Source: Hydrolagus affinis
Taxonomy: Eukaryota
Direction of reading: 5' to 3'
NCBI GenBank assembly: GCA_012026655.1
Contig: JAAILG010000369.1
Location: 1 to 64,000 of the forward strand
Length of the DNA: 64,000 nt
The notes beneath the pieces are model-generated. The model saw nothing but the letters and a program-made list of their open reading frames with translations. It was not told the DNA's origin and made no database searches. Every line of letters begins with the position of its first letter. The stretch's first letter is position 1. This document shows, in pieces, positions 24,319 to 35,941 of this stretch. Both the position numbers and the translations under genes were made by a program.

Positions 24319-24782
24319 TAAGAATTTGCAGGGCGAAAGAAGACCGAGGTCCATCTAGTTCGCCTTCCACCATTCCTGGCAGTCGCTTGTCTCCCAAACT
24401 GTGCGCGGAATCCCGAGATAATAAGAACATAAGAATATACGGTCAATTTTCCTACTTTCCTTCCCCCAACCACGACCCCTTCCTCACGACCCCTTCCTCA
24501 CCACCCCCCCACCCACCCCCACCCCCCCCCTCGCTCTGGTCCCAACCTTGGGACGTTGTTGTATCCTGTGAAGGGCGTTGAAACGTCAATAAGACGTGGA
24601 AGGCGCCATATAAACTTAAAGATTATTATTATTTATTATAATTTGCTGGGCGAAAGAAGACCGAGGTCCATCTAGTTCGCCTTCCACCATCCTGGCAGTC
24701 GCTCGTCTCCCAAACTGTACGCTGTATCCCGAGATAATGAGAACATAAGAATTTGCTGAACGAAAGAAGACCGAGGTCCATC
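24319..24782 (-). mobile_element. Tandem CR1-like LINE 3' ends (about 2.3 copies) with an intervening L2 tail
   Basis: Unit atttgc.gggcgaaagaagaccgaggtccatctagttcgccttccacc...gaacataagaat at ~24319-24436, ~24640-24752 and a partial copy to 24782. Confidence 0.7.
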
Positions 24783-24933
24783 GGCAACACAGCCAGCAAA
24801 CCAAAGTGGGCGATTATAACAACGCAACACAGCAGAGCAGAGGACTAAGGGACGCAGAACCAAAAGCAAGAGGAACAACCAGAAGCATTGCCGATTGAAA
24901 GGGAAGTGACAACTGCATTATTTAAGAAACAAA

Positions 24934-25281
24934 ATGTGTGATGAGACCAATCCAATCCCGGCCTCTGACCCTCAGCTTGAGAAGAAGCAGCAGTCTTTAC
25001 CTTCCCAATTGAATCAAGGAAACCCTGTGTTTTCCTACACTTCTCAACTTTCAACGCCGTCACCTACATCGTATCCATTTGTCAACCCACAGCACCCACT
25101 CTTCAAGACTACTTCTGCTGAATATGGATCAAATCCACCTACTTGCGAAACAGCACCAACTACACACAATCCATTAACACAGACATTCTCTGAACCACTG
25201 AGAAATGCTGGGATGTACCGTGATTCCTCTCTGAATACCTACTTGGACAGGAGCGAAGTCGTTGACTATTTTAGTTTATAA
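24934..25281 (+). CDS. PIERCE2: Piercer of microtubule wall 2 (C15orf65 ortholog)
   Basis: 115-aa ORF with NQGNPVFS, FKTTSAEYG and FSEPLRNAGMYRDSSLNTYLDRS, similar to recalled human NPGNPVFS/YKTNSSHYG/GFYQNNTLNTAPDRT; syntenic position between CCPG1 and DNAAF4; ATTAAA 25366 and AATAAA 25490 downstream. A short upstream coding exon cannot be excluded. Confidence 0.88.
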   Translation: MCDETNPIPASDPQLEKKQQSLPSQLNQGNPVFSYTSQLSTPSPTSYPFVNPQHPLFKTTSAEYGSNPPTCETAPTTHNPLTQTFSEPLRNAGMYRDSSLNTYLDRSEVVDYFSL

Positions 25282-26699
25282 TATTTACTTTTGCATTTTA
25301 TAGATGGTTGATCGCAAAATAGAGCTAGCTGATGAATGTATCTATTTTGCAATGCTGTACAGTGCATTAAATAATATGTTCTAATTCAATCAACTCTAAT
25401 GTAATAGTTTGATAAATATAAGAAATAATCATGCTATTTTTCTTAAAAGTTAGGGGAGGAGCAGTAAAACTGCAACCTTTTTAAATTCAAATAAAGTTAA
25501 CTTGCTTTAGTTGCTTTGGTTAATTGTTTCACCCTTCAGAGAAGAATGCCAGCTTAAGTTATTTTGAATTGTATTTCATTACTGTACAAATTAAATGGTT
25601 GTGACTGGGAAGGTGACTCCGAATTAAAGTGTTATTTGAAGAATACAGTCTACTGCATCTATATAAATCAGTATTTATGCAATATCAAACTATTCCATTT
25701 TCATACCAAATTGAGGCAGCTGTTCACTGTTCATTTTAATGAAAAATTGTATTGTAAAAATCAATGTAACATTCACCTTATAATAAAACTATTAACAGTC
25801 TGCTAAATATTATTTAATTGCAGTACATTACAATTAAAATGTTTGTTTCTCTCGGAAAACAATGCAATAAAGTGGATTCTCTTATTAATTTGACAATCAT
25901 TGTCTTAGGTTTGTAAAGGATGGCAATCTATCACTAAGGTGTGAAATGCACAACACGTATAGGTAACAACAACAACTTTAACTTATCTAGCACTCTCACA
26001 GAGCACTTAACAGCGGCAAAGCCTGCGGGGTGGTGGGAGGTGACCTTAAGCACAGTTCCAAAAGAAGGTTTTCAGATGGGACTTACAAAAAGGGGAGAGA
26101 GGGAGCAAGGCAGAGGGAATGGCGAAGAGTGTTCCAGAGTTTCTAGGTAATAGCAAATAACTCTTGTTATATCTTTGGGAGTGTCAAAATTTGGGCCCTC
26201 CAAATGTTATCCAACATGACACTTTCCTTTATATAAACTGATTCCATGTTTTCACTTGTGATGCTCCAATAGGGAATGTATAAGAGTCTTGTTGGTTTGT
26301 TTCACATTTTCTCTATCCCTCTACAGCAGAATTATCCTGATTTTGCTTAATAGTTTTCCGTATGATCTAGTCCAGAATCTGGAATACTGTTGTGCTGAAG
26401 GGTGATTATTAGACATTTACCTTCTGCTTTAGTACAGCACATTTATAATCCAACCCACAGTTCTATTTTTAAGAAAGAGAATGATTGGAGAAAACACTAG
26501 TTCACGTAAAGTCAATTTAAGGTCACCTGTGTTACCTTAGAAATATGGTCTAAGAAACCTGAGAAATATATCTTTTGGAATTGTTAACTGCTCACTTTCT
26601 AGGGTAGATGTAAATGATGGAATACAGTTCTTTCAACTACTTGTCATCATGAGCCAGGCAAGAAAAATACATGCTCTCTCCCCATTATACCGTTTATAA

Positions 26700-26932
26700 T
26701 CATTGCATTTTTTAATATAGCGTTTGTCATGTCACCTCAATATCTCAAAGTGCTTCACAGAATATACTGTAAAGTCTAATGACTATATTTGTGGGCAAAG
26801 TGCAGCAGCCAATTGCATTCAGCAGTGTCCCACAAACAGTCATTGATTGACCAAATTATTGTTGATTTTTCTTGATGGATTATTATCAGGCATGTGAAGT
26901 AAGTAAGTAAGGAAACTTGCCCAAGGTTTTGC
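26700..26932 (-). mobile_element. tRNA-derived SINE, head truncated
   Basis: Same family body and tail. Confidence 0.85.
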
Positions 26933-27251
26933 TCTTATATGTTATAGTGAAGTTATACACTCCCTTCCCTGCTAAACTGTCATAAATTTAAAAAGATAAT
27001 TATATTTGATCCTCATAAGGAGTTGGAAACTCAGCAACACCAATTATGTTTAATTCATCTTATGTAAAGTTAAAGTTTTTCTAAATTTGTCTAAATTTAG
27101 ATTTTCTGGTTTAATCTAGAGGCCCAGTTTGTATTTAATAAGTAAGTTTGGTGCTTGTCTCTGATATATTTTTGGTGACATAACAGAGGTTGAAGGTAGA
27201 AATCCATTTGTTAGAATTATGGTGTCTAAAACTGCAAGTTGTTTTGTTCTT

Positions 27252-27361
27252 TTAAGGATCTGGCAGAGTTCCTTGAATCACTTGCCGTATCTTCTCTGCA
27301 TCCGCTTGGATTGTCTCGTTATTTGGGTTAATCTTGAGAGCAGCTTGGTAGTCCTGGAGGC
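27252..27361 (-). CDS. DNAAF4: DNAAF4 last coding exon
   Basis: [13 protein letters not shown]...[11 protein letters not shown] at 27252-27254; ATTAAA at 27134-27139 (- strand). Confidence 0.95.
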
Positions 27362-30300
27362 CTGTCAAAACAGATACGAGATATCCAATCAATAACAATT
27401 CATGTCAGGAGAGACACCGGTTTAGTGCTTAATGTATTCTGAATGAGCCATTCTCAAGTGGTGGTGGTTCTATAATTGGTCTGAATATTACGTCCCCAAA
27501 TTAGGCTCAGTTCCTTCTCCTGATAACTCATGTGCGTGACCTTTACATTACAGCAGTATTAGCTGTGATGTCCTCACAATGGAAGAACCCATCAACACTT
27601 AGTTTCTAGGTTCGTAATCGAGAAATGACTACTTGGATGATGAGCAATGGAAGTGTGCTCCACAACAACAAAATTACATTTGTGTAGCGCCTTTCATGTC
27701 GGGAGGACATCCCAAGCTGTTGAAAGGCAATATTCTGACACAACAGCCAATATTCATGTGAGAAAACTGGAAAGCAAAAGAAAACTATTATAAAAACCGA
27801 ATATTGTAACTACCATATTCTTTTTTCGCAATAAATGTCTTGCTCTTACCTTCGACATACAATTCCAGCTCACAAAATGCTGTCCCTCTTCTAACATGAG
27901 CCTTCACTCTGGTGTCCGCATTGTCAGGAACCGGCGGTGTTAACAAGTCAAGCGCCTAGAAGAGAAAAAGCTTGTATATGATATTGAAAACAAATAAGTA
28001 AAAACATTGCAATTGAGAGATTACATCTCGTTCGTGGGATTCGAGATGGGAGTTTTAAGATTTTCAAAATTCAAGGATAAACATTATGTTATTAGTAAAT
28101 TTAGAATTTATTACTAATTTCCTACAGTTTCTAAAGTATAGTTGCAAAATATTTGCTTGTGGGAATATTTGCTCAACCACAAGATACATGGTCAAATCTG
28201 CTTTAGAGTACTGTATATTATGTGAAGGGCTTTTGAGATGTCACAACAACATGATAAAGTGCCATATCAAATGCAAGAATTATTATTATTTTATTACTGG
28301 GAGGTTGAACACGCAGGCATTTTCAAAACATATTCACACAAAGTTGAAGGGATTTTTTTTGAGGACATGGAGGATAATAAGAAGACATGCATATCATAAT
28401 AATCAATAACATGTTTAGCTGTTTGGACTGTTTGTTCTGTTCGGAATACACATTTGATATGGTGCACTGTTTTATGACCTTGGAAAATGCAACTTGCAAT
28501 TGGTAGAAAGGTTACACAGATTAATAATGAGAATAATCCTTGTATTTGATATAGTGCTTTTCACTTTTTTTTGTAGAAGTCTCAAAACATTTCACAGAAT
28601 ATACTGTAAGGTGAATTGACTGTATATTTGTGGGCAAAATGCGGCAGCCAATTGCACACAGCAGTATCCCACAAACAGTCGTGGATTGAAATGACCCATT
28701 CATTTTTGAGTTAATTACTATTAAGTAAACTTGCCCAAGGTTTCGTCCTGACCTGCCTGGAATTGGAATTGTCTCTTGCTCGTAAAATGAGTGCCCTAAC
28801 CACTGAGCTACAGGACTTTTATTAAGTGAATTAAAATCAACTTTTGATGTACTTTAATGCAATTTTCTTTTGGGATTGGTCAATACAAGCTCCATAACAT
28901 CAGTCGGGTTGATTGAAAACTAGGGAGTGGCCAATCACAGATCTTAGCCAGGGAACAAAATTAAACACAAATGGGCCAAACAATTTTGACATCAATTCAA
29001 TTGCCCTCTCACATTGCTGTGGAAGAAGAAGAGGCGAGGAGGTACGCCAGGCTTGTTGGAATTGGCCCTCGATTAATCTTTTGGCCAAGAGAGAAGTTGG
29101 AAAGGGAACTTGGCTTATTCCCTTAGTCAGCAATATATTATCTAGTTTTCTAGGAACTGAATGTGAACTAACCTTGCAGCAGTCTTCAATTACTTTGTGC
29201 AAGTTTCTCAATTTAAGGTGGCACGCAGCCCGGTTCAGATATATGACTGGAAGTTTATTGTTCAGTTGTATGGCCAGGTTGTAGGCATTAACAGCAGCAA
29301 GGTAATTTCCTGTCCCAAACAGCCTACTGGAAAAAAAGAGGGTACATTTTAGAACCCCTGAAGTCCAACACATGCAAGTTAATTCTTAAATTTAATTCTT
29401 AACTTTCCGTCATCTTTCTGTCAATCTTGGAATATCCAACTTGCAAGTGGTAGAAAGGTCACATAAATTAAGTCTATTAAAATCGGTACTAAGCAGTATA
29501 TCTTGTGTAGCGCTTTGAGATGTACTCCTGACAAGAAAGGCACTATATCAAGTCAATTTAATTAAATATTTGTTATTTATTAATTATGTTTAGCTCCTCG
29601 CCTGCCGCAAAATTCATAAAAATACATATTTTAAAAATGTCTAATTTTATAATTTTATAATTTTAATAATAAACTTACTTCCCCTTGTCCTTCAGCCAGT
29701 CAGGATTTTTCTCTTCTTCCTTTAAATCGTTCAGCTCAGGAATATCTATATTTTTACACCGTCTAGCTGCTGCCTGTTTTTGTAACCACTGCAAAGAGAT
29801 AAAGAACATCAGTTTCAGTGCAAAGTCGCAGAAATCGTAAAAACAAAGTCCGATTACTGCAATGAAATCCTCCTGTTAAATTGCTATCATTGTCTTTGGG
29901 ATTCTTTATACAGTACCACTAATAACTTGATCCCACTTGCAAAGTTTTGAACAGAAACCAGCTGCTCTGGGTTCACGCATATTTTCCAGCCAGATTACAG
30001 CTAAGCCTTGTAGCAGAATGGAAGTAAATCACCAACCCACCAACCATGTTTTCAGGATTTACTGTAGATGAATGTATAAGTCTGTAAGTGTGAAGTAATG
30101 CTGAAAGGTTTATTCAATTTCTTGATAATGGTAGATTACACAATGTTTACCTCCTCCTCTTCAGCAATGAGGGATTCCCTTAAGGCAGTAGGAAAGACTC
30201 GAGGTGTGAACTGTATGTTAATACTGCCAGCCTCGCGCGGAGCTGGTAACATGTCCTCCTTGGAATCTCCAGTAAATATATCAGTATTGCCATCTGTGTA

Positions 30301-33300
30301 AATATCAATCATCAGAAATCATACTGTTAACCAAACGCGGTTTGCCATAATTATGAACTAAATCAGTCAGGAAAACAAAGCAATCCTTAATGTGCTGATT
30401 AAATCTCAAACTTTACACCAACGTATTGCACCATCAAATTCTGACCTCCAATTTGAGGTATTTAATAATGGGAAGTCCTATTAATTATTATTAATTGGGA
30501 TTATTATTAATTATTATTGTTGTTGTCATCAAGGAGTCAAAAGTGACACCAAGGGATTAACTATGTGGCAGCCAGTTGCGCACTGCAGTGTCCCACAAAC
30601 AGTCGTGGATTGAAATGCTAAATTTTATTATTGTGCTTTTTTTTGGAGGGATTATTATTTGGTGTGTGGAGCAAGGAAACTTGCCCAAGGTTTCGCCCTG
30701 GACTGGATTCGAACACAGGCCTCACGCTTGTAAGGCGAATGCTCTAACCACTGAGCTACAGGATTCCATCCTTAAATAATGAAGGAAATTCACAGATGAT
30801 GGTCATATTGCCAATGGGATTAATTTGAAATAGACACTATGTAAAACTTAATTTACCTTTTTTAAGAGAAGGTTTGTTTGGAGATTGTGTGACAAGGTGT
30901 TTATTTTCTTTATTCCTCTTCCTACTGTTCTCTGCCTCTGCTCTTTGCCTTGCAAGCTTCAATTGCTCCTCTCTCTTTTGTTGCTTCTCTCTCTTGAGTT
31001 CCTCCTTCCTTTTTAATTTCTCTGCTCTCTTCCGCTCTTCCTCTTGACGCTGCTGAAGCTTCCACTGCTCCAGCTCCTCAGTGGCTTGTCTTCGCTCTTG
31101 TTCCTTCAGATCTTCGATGTGTTTCCTGTTACTCTCGTCTATCTAGAATTTTAGCACAGCTCAATCTCAGTGTTCTTAGCCAGAGTTTTATGTACTGTAA
31201 GAAGATTTCACTTCTGTAAACATTGCAGTGAATACAGTATTTGTTATCACACACATTTATTATATATATTATGTATAATCTTACCACAGATACATTGAAT
31301 ATATTTATCCAAACATCATTACGTATTTGATTTATCGACCATTGAATAAATATATTCAAAAGATTTTCAACTTCTTCAACAATAGGTTATAGTAATTGCA
31401 ACAAATCATGGAGTTTTGATATTTCTAAAATGTGTTTTAAGATGTGTTTTAAGTAGGATATGATTCACCCAACAATATTAGTCCAGGACCATATAATTAT
31501 TTAGTCAACTTCACATCTCTGTGAAGAATCTCTCTCTCACCGAGATATCAGTAATGTAGCAAACCGCCTCTAATGATCCACCTGGAATGCATGGAACCAT
31601 CACTTTAAACTATTAGCTGAAGGAGGTTGAATCTGCGATGCTGAATTTACCTGCATCATAGTTTCCAGGGTATATTTCTCGTTTTGTCGTTTTTGAACAG
31701 CTTTTTGTTTTGCATTCTCCTCAGCTCTCTCCTGAGCAGCGAGGACAGCATCTTCTCTCTTTTTCTGCAGTATTTCCTTGTTTTCTAATAACAGAAAGGC
31801 CCAAGCTGGTTATGCCAACAACAACAACAACAACAACAACATCCTGATCAAATCACACACTTTGCGGTATTCTTCAAAAAAATTGCTTCCCCGCAATACC
31901 AATAAATTTACTTTCAGCTGAAGAAATTTTAGACAAAGCAGAATTCCTAAACCTTTCCTCACCTTCCAGCGTTGCCAGCTGCTCCCACATTGTGGGCTCC
32001 TTTTTAAGCAAAGTGAAGATAACGACGCCATTCCCAATCTTCGCTGAGCTTTTTGTATCATCGATCGGGGCGAAGAGCACCACTTCAAACAGAAATGGAG
32101 GAAAGTTTACCTGTTAAAACAAGCCACTTTGATGTTAAATTGTGTATACACTACTGTTGTATGGAGAAATCATTTATTGCACTAACGTACTTATTGCACA
32201 ATAACTAAAAATCCAAGTTCAATTTTTCTTTACATTTGTTTTTATTTTGAAGGGAGTTTTCTGTAGCAGCAGTAACAACTGCAACAACTTGCATTTATAC
32301 AGCATCCCCTTATGCAGGGTAGCTTCTGAGACAGCAAACCCAATATAGGCTCTGAAGCCTGGATTGTGAGCGGGACTGTGCATGGGTTGACACAGAAGTA
32401 GAAAATGTCAATTATTTCAAGGACAAATCAAATAGATTTCTATTAGGAAATAATATCTCGGTATACACATTACATCATTTAGGACATGATATGTTTGCCT
32501 GTGACTGACTAACAGGATAGTGGAAGGTAAACCGGAATAGCAATTCTTATCAGACCTTAAACACAGCTCCCATCTTCTCTCAGCTTTGCCCTCTCCCAGC
32601 ACCGGTGTACCCCCTCTCTTCTTCTAGACTCATTCACATATCCTTTGGGCCTTAAGACACATCTTTTCTTTCTATAATCACCCACTATTGCCTTTTGTCT
32701 TGCACCATCAGCACGGCCGATCTCGTCATTCTCTGTCCTCCAGTTAAATATTTCCTTTTGTCTTTCTTTCCTTCCCTTGGCCTTTGCCTTCCTCCTTCCT
32801 TCTCGGCTCGACCTCATAATCCGCTCCCTTCCAATATCCCCCAGCTCTGACGAATGGTCATTGGACCTGAAAAGTGAACCCATTTGCCTCACTCTCCCCA
32901 TGGACGCTGACCTGCTGGGTGTTCCCAGTGACTACAGTTTTTATCACAGATTTCCAGCATCTGCTGTATTTTGCTTTGTTTTGTTTATAGCAACTTCTTA
33001 TGACTGAATCCATCAGAGATAGAGAGACGGACCAGGAGCTAGCTCTCCCTCCCTCTTCATCCATCCATCCATCCCTCTCTCCCTTCTCCTCCCCCTCTCT
33101 GGATCACCCCCATTCCTCCCTCCCCTTCCTTTGTTCCTTCCTTCCCTAGCTCTGTCTTCATTCCTCTCTCTCTCCTTCCTACCTTCCCCCACTCCCTCTC
33201 TTTCCTTCCTACCTTCCCTCCCTCCCTCCCTCTCTCTTCGCTCTTCTCTTTCTCCTTTCTCCCTTCCCTACCTACCAACCTAGCTCTTTCTCTCTCTCTC

Positions 33301-33478
33301 TCTCTCTCCTTCCTTCCTTCCCTCCCCCTGCTCCCTTCCTCCCTCCTCACCTCACCTTTAAATACTCTTCTGTGCAAAACACATCAGCTTTGGCGGCGAT
33401 CACCCCTTTCAGAGGCACTTTGATGTAAATGTGTGACTGACTCTGCTCCCAGCTGTGATCCCTCACCATCAGAGGCAT
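27252..33478 (-). CDS. DNAAF4: Dynein axonemal assembly factor 4 (DYX1C1), CS + TPR domains, spliced gene span
   Basis: Exons 33356-33478, 31963-32110, 31651-31784, 30857-31142, 30151-30293, 29679-29788, 29173-29326, 27850-27955, 27252-27361; 1314 nt = 437 aa + stop. Peptides [81 protein letters not shown]. Confidence 0.97.
27850..27955 (-). CDS. DNAAF4: DNAAF4 coding exon 8 (TPR)
   Basis: [27 protein letters not shown], 106 nt. Confidence 0.95.
28522..28816 (-). mobile_element. Full-length tRNA-derived SINE
   Basis: Head ...aaccactgagctacaggac and tail taatccttgtatttgatatagtgc. Confidence 0.9.
29173..29326 (-). CDS. DNAAF4: DNAAF4 coding exon 7 (TPR)
   Basis: [18 protein letters not shown]...KVIEDCCK, 154 nt. 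Confidence 0.95.
29679..29788 (-). CDS. DNAAF4: DNAAF4 coding exon 6
   Basis: [10 protein letters not shown]...NPDWLKDKG, 110 nt. Confidence 0.95.
30151..30293 (-). CDS. DNAAF4: DNAAF4 coding exon 5
   Basis: [33 protein letters not shown]. Confidence 0.95.
30565..30766 (-). mobile_element. SINE 5' half
   Basis: tRNA head plus body. Confidence 0.85.
30857..31142 (-). CDS. DNAAF4: DNAAF4 coding exon 4 (charged coiled coil)
   Basis: 286 nt, [28 protein letters not shown]... Confidence 0.92.
31651..31784 (-). CDS. DNAAF4: DNAAF4 coding exon 3
   Basis: 134 nt, ends TMMQ|gtaaat. Confidence 0.92.
31963..32110 (-). CDS. DNAAF4: DNAAF4 coding exon 2
   Basis: [18 protein letters not shown]..., 148 nt. 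Confidence 0.95.
32540..32990 (+). mobile_element. Penelope-like element 3'/pLTR remnant
   Basis: ctgacgaatggtcattggacctgaaa...gacgctgacctgctgggtgttcccag...gatttccagcatctgc, recognised as a common chondrichthyan repeat end; related sequence at 40123-40260. Confidence 0.55.
33040..33350. repeat. C/T-rich low-complexity tract with (CT)n in DNAAF4 intron 1
   Basis: Nearly pure pyrimidine run. Confidence 0.85.
33356..33478 (-). CDS. DNAAF4: DNAAF4 coding exon 1
   Basis: ATG at 33478, 123 nt, AAG|gtgagg. Confidence 0.95.
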
Positions 33479-33490
33479 GGCTCCCAGGCG

Positions 33491-33523
33491 GTTGCTAGTG
33501 ACGCCTTTCGGTTGCTAGGCAGA
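33491..33523. promoter_or_regulatory. Tandem RFX X-box-like motifs at the DNAAF4 start
   Basis: GTTGCTAGTGAC (33491-33502) and GTTGCTAGGCAGA (33511-33523), 13-45 bp upstream of the ATG. Confidence 0.65.
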
Positions 33524-35602
33524 GTCTCTTCCGGGTTCACTTCCAGCTGGTGTTCTCCCCCTCCCTCCCACAGGTTGGGCGGGTTTCACGCCCAATTGGG
33601 CTTGAAAGACTCTGCTTTGGGCGGGCGCCTAATTTTTAAACCTTTGAACTCAAAATGAGCAAAACCAATGGGAGCCCCTCTAGCTGCCCACAGGAGGCAA
33701 CACATAACATTGGGCTACTGTTGGGGCTAGTCATTGGTGGGCTTTGGGCTACAAATGTAGTTTAATTTAACAATTCAATAATTTAACAAGGTAGGGCTTG
33801 TTTACACTCTCTCTCTGCCTCTTTGTAAGGAGGACAAGTTTACAACATGTTTGCTAAGTGGACACATTCACCATGATTATTATTATTTATTATTCACTAT
33901 TATTATAATAATTATTATAATTATAATCTATTATGTATAAAGATTATTATTTATTAATTCACCAGATGCTCGTTGCAGCGCTGAACACTGATTGTCCAGC
34001 ACCTTGGGTCGCCCTCCCGACATACAAATGTAATTTTGTTGATGTTGCCATTGATACCCTGAGTCTGAATTAAAGTCCCTGAAAATCCGTGTAATTTACA
34101 CGTTAATCTCTGCCCTTTGCCACGAGCATTCCTGACTCTTCCCAATCCAGAGAAGCACAAAATACGACAGGTGAGAATGGTATTGACAGAGTATATGGTA
34201 CAGTATTGATACCCGTGCCGAAACTCACAGCGCAGAAGAAAGCTTTTCGGCCCATCGTGTCTGTGTTGGGTGTTTGAAAGAGCAGTGGTATTTGCCGGTC
34301 TTTTCCCCATAGTCCCCACCCACGGCCTTTGAAGCACTTTGAGTCGTCTCCACAGTGTGCTAAGGCACTAAATCAAATGCAAGGATTGTTATTCTTACAA
34401 TAAATATCATCTGGTACTAAAGGAACCCGCGGAGCAGCCCAGCTTTTGCTTGGCAGACAAATTGGAATTTCACATTCGCTTTTGATTTGCTCAGACACTA
34501 TGTTAAGTGGTACTGCAAACATCTTCCTGCATTCACTGCTGTGCGCAGATGGCCATTTATACTGTTTCTAAATAAAATTGGCCACTCACTCCATGGCTGT
34601 TTGTGGGACCCTGCTGTGAGCAAACTGGTTAATGCATTTCACTCACAAAATTCAGTTAATCCACTTTACAGTACATCATGTGAAGCGCTTTGACACATCT
34701 TAATGACATAATAAGGTGCTATATCAAATATAAGGATGATTATTATTATTATATAAGGATTATTATTATCACTACAGTACTATGGTAGAAGCTGAAGTCT
34801 TTTAAGAATTCACATATCAACTAGCAAGGATTTGAATATATATATATTTAAGCTCGGGATGAGGTGAATTGCTCATCTCAATAGAAAGCCAGCAGCAGTT
34901 GAGATTGTGGCTCCAGTGATTCTGGGAGTTTGACATGTAGTCTGGCCTAAATAACAACGAGCCAGGAAGTCAGTGCAAATGCGAAAGAGATCAGTGAAGA
35001 TAAATAACAGGAAGACGAGATATAAGAACAGAGTTAAGATAAAGAAGTTGCACAAGAGACAGGCTCGCTTATGTAAACACTTTCTTTTTAAGAAGATTGC
35101 GAGACCGTAAACTCTATTATCTTTTGGTGAAAGGGGAGAGTCAGAGTGCAGATTAGAAACCTGGCTAAAACACTGCTTTCGTCCAATCTCTGGGCAAGTG
35201 TTATCAGTATCACAGTGAGTCTTGATGACTTCAAAAGTATTTCAGCCCTGAATAATAGGGCGAGAGATTGCAAACTCTCCCACCACCCCCACCCACCTCC
35301 CCTTCCACCTCCGGCTTATTCAATGGGCATGAACCTTACAGGCCAAAGATTAAGCAAACACGGCTGACTGAGAAGAGAGAAATTCCATCAAGGAGCTTAA
35401 AGTTGAGGTACAAGGACTGAAATTAGAGATGAAGTGAAGGAATGCAAAGCCGAGCAAAAGAAATGAAGGCTCGATTGCAAATTGAAACTGAAGCACTTTG
35501 ACTTGGTTTGTCGAAGAATTAATTGCATTCTAATATTGGAGTCCATTGAACTTTGCGGCAACAGATCAGAAGTCAATGTACCAAACCATATTTGGGCACG
35601 TG

Positions 35603-35941
35603 GAGTCCTGTAGCCCAGCGGTTAGAGTATACTCACATTGCAAGCGAGAGACTTGGGTTCAATTCCAGGCAGGTCGAAACCTTGGGCAATTTTCCTTACT
35701 CCACATGCCTGATCATAACCCCTCGAAAAAGAAAACAATAATAAAATGGTTATTTCAATCCACGACTATTTGTGGGACACTGCTATGCACTATTGGCTGC
35801 CACGTTTCGCCCACAAATATACAGTCAATTCACTTTACAGTATATTCTGTGAAGTGCTTTGAGACATCTAGAAGAAGCCTCGGGACGTCCTCCCAACATG
35901 AAAATCACTATATCAAATGCAAGGATTATTATTATTATTAT
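35603..35941 (+). mobile_element. Full-length tRNA-derived SINE
   Basis: Head, body and (ATT)n tail. Confidence 0.9.

Noticed and set aside
24319-24782. Repeated units that could suggest a CRISPR-like array
   Set aside because: Eukaryotic context, ~115-bp units resembling CR1 3' ends, no repeat-spacer periodicity
32557-33377. Arg/Glu/Gly-rich ORFs in DNAAF4 intron 1
   Set aside because: Translation of a repeat remnant and a CT-rich tract
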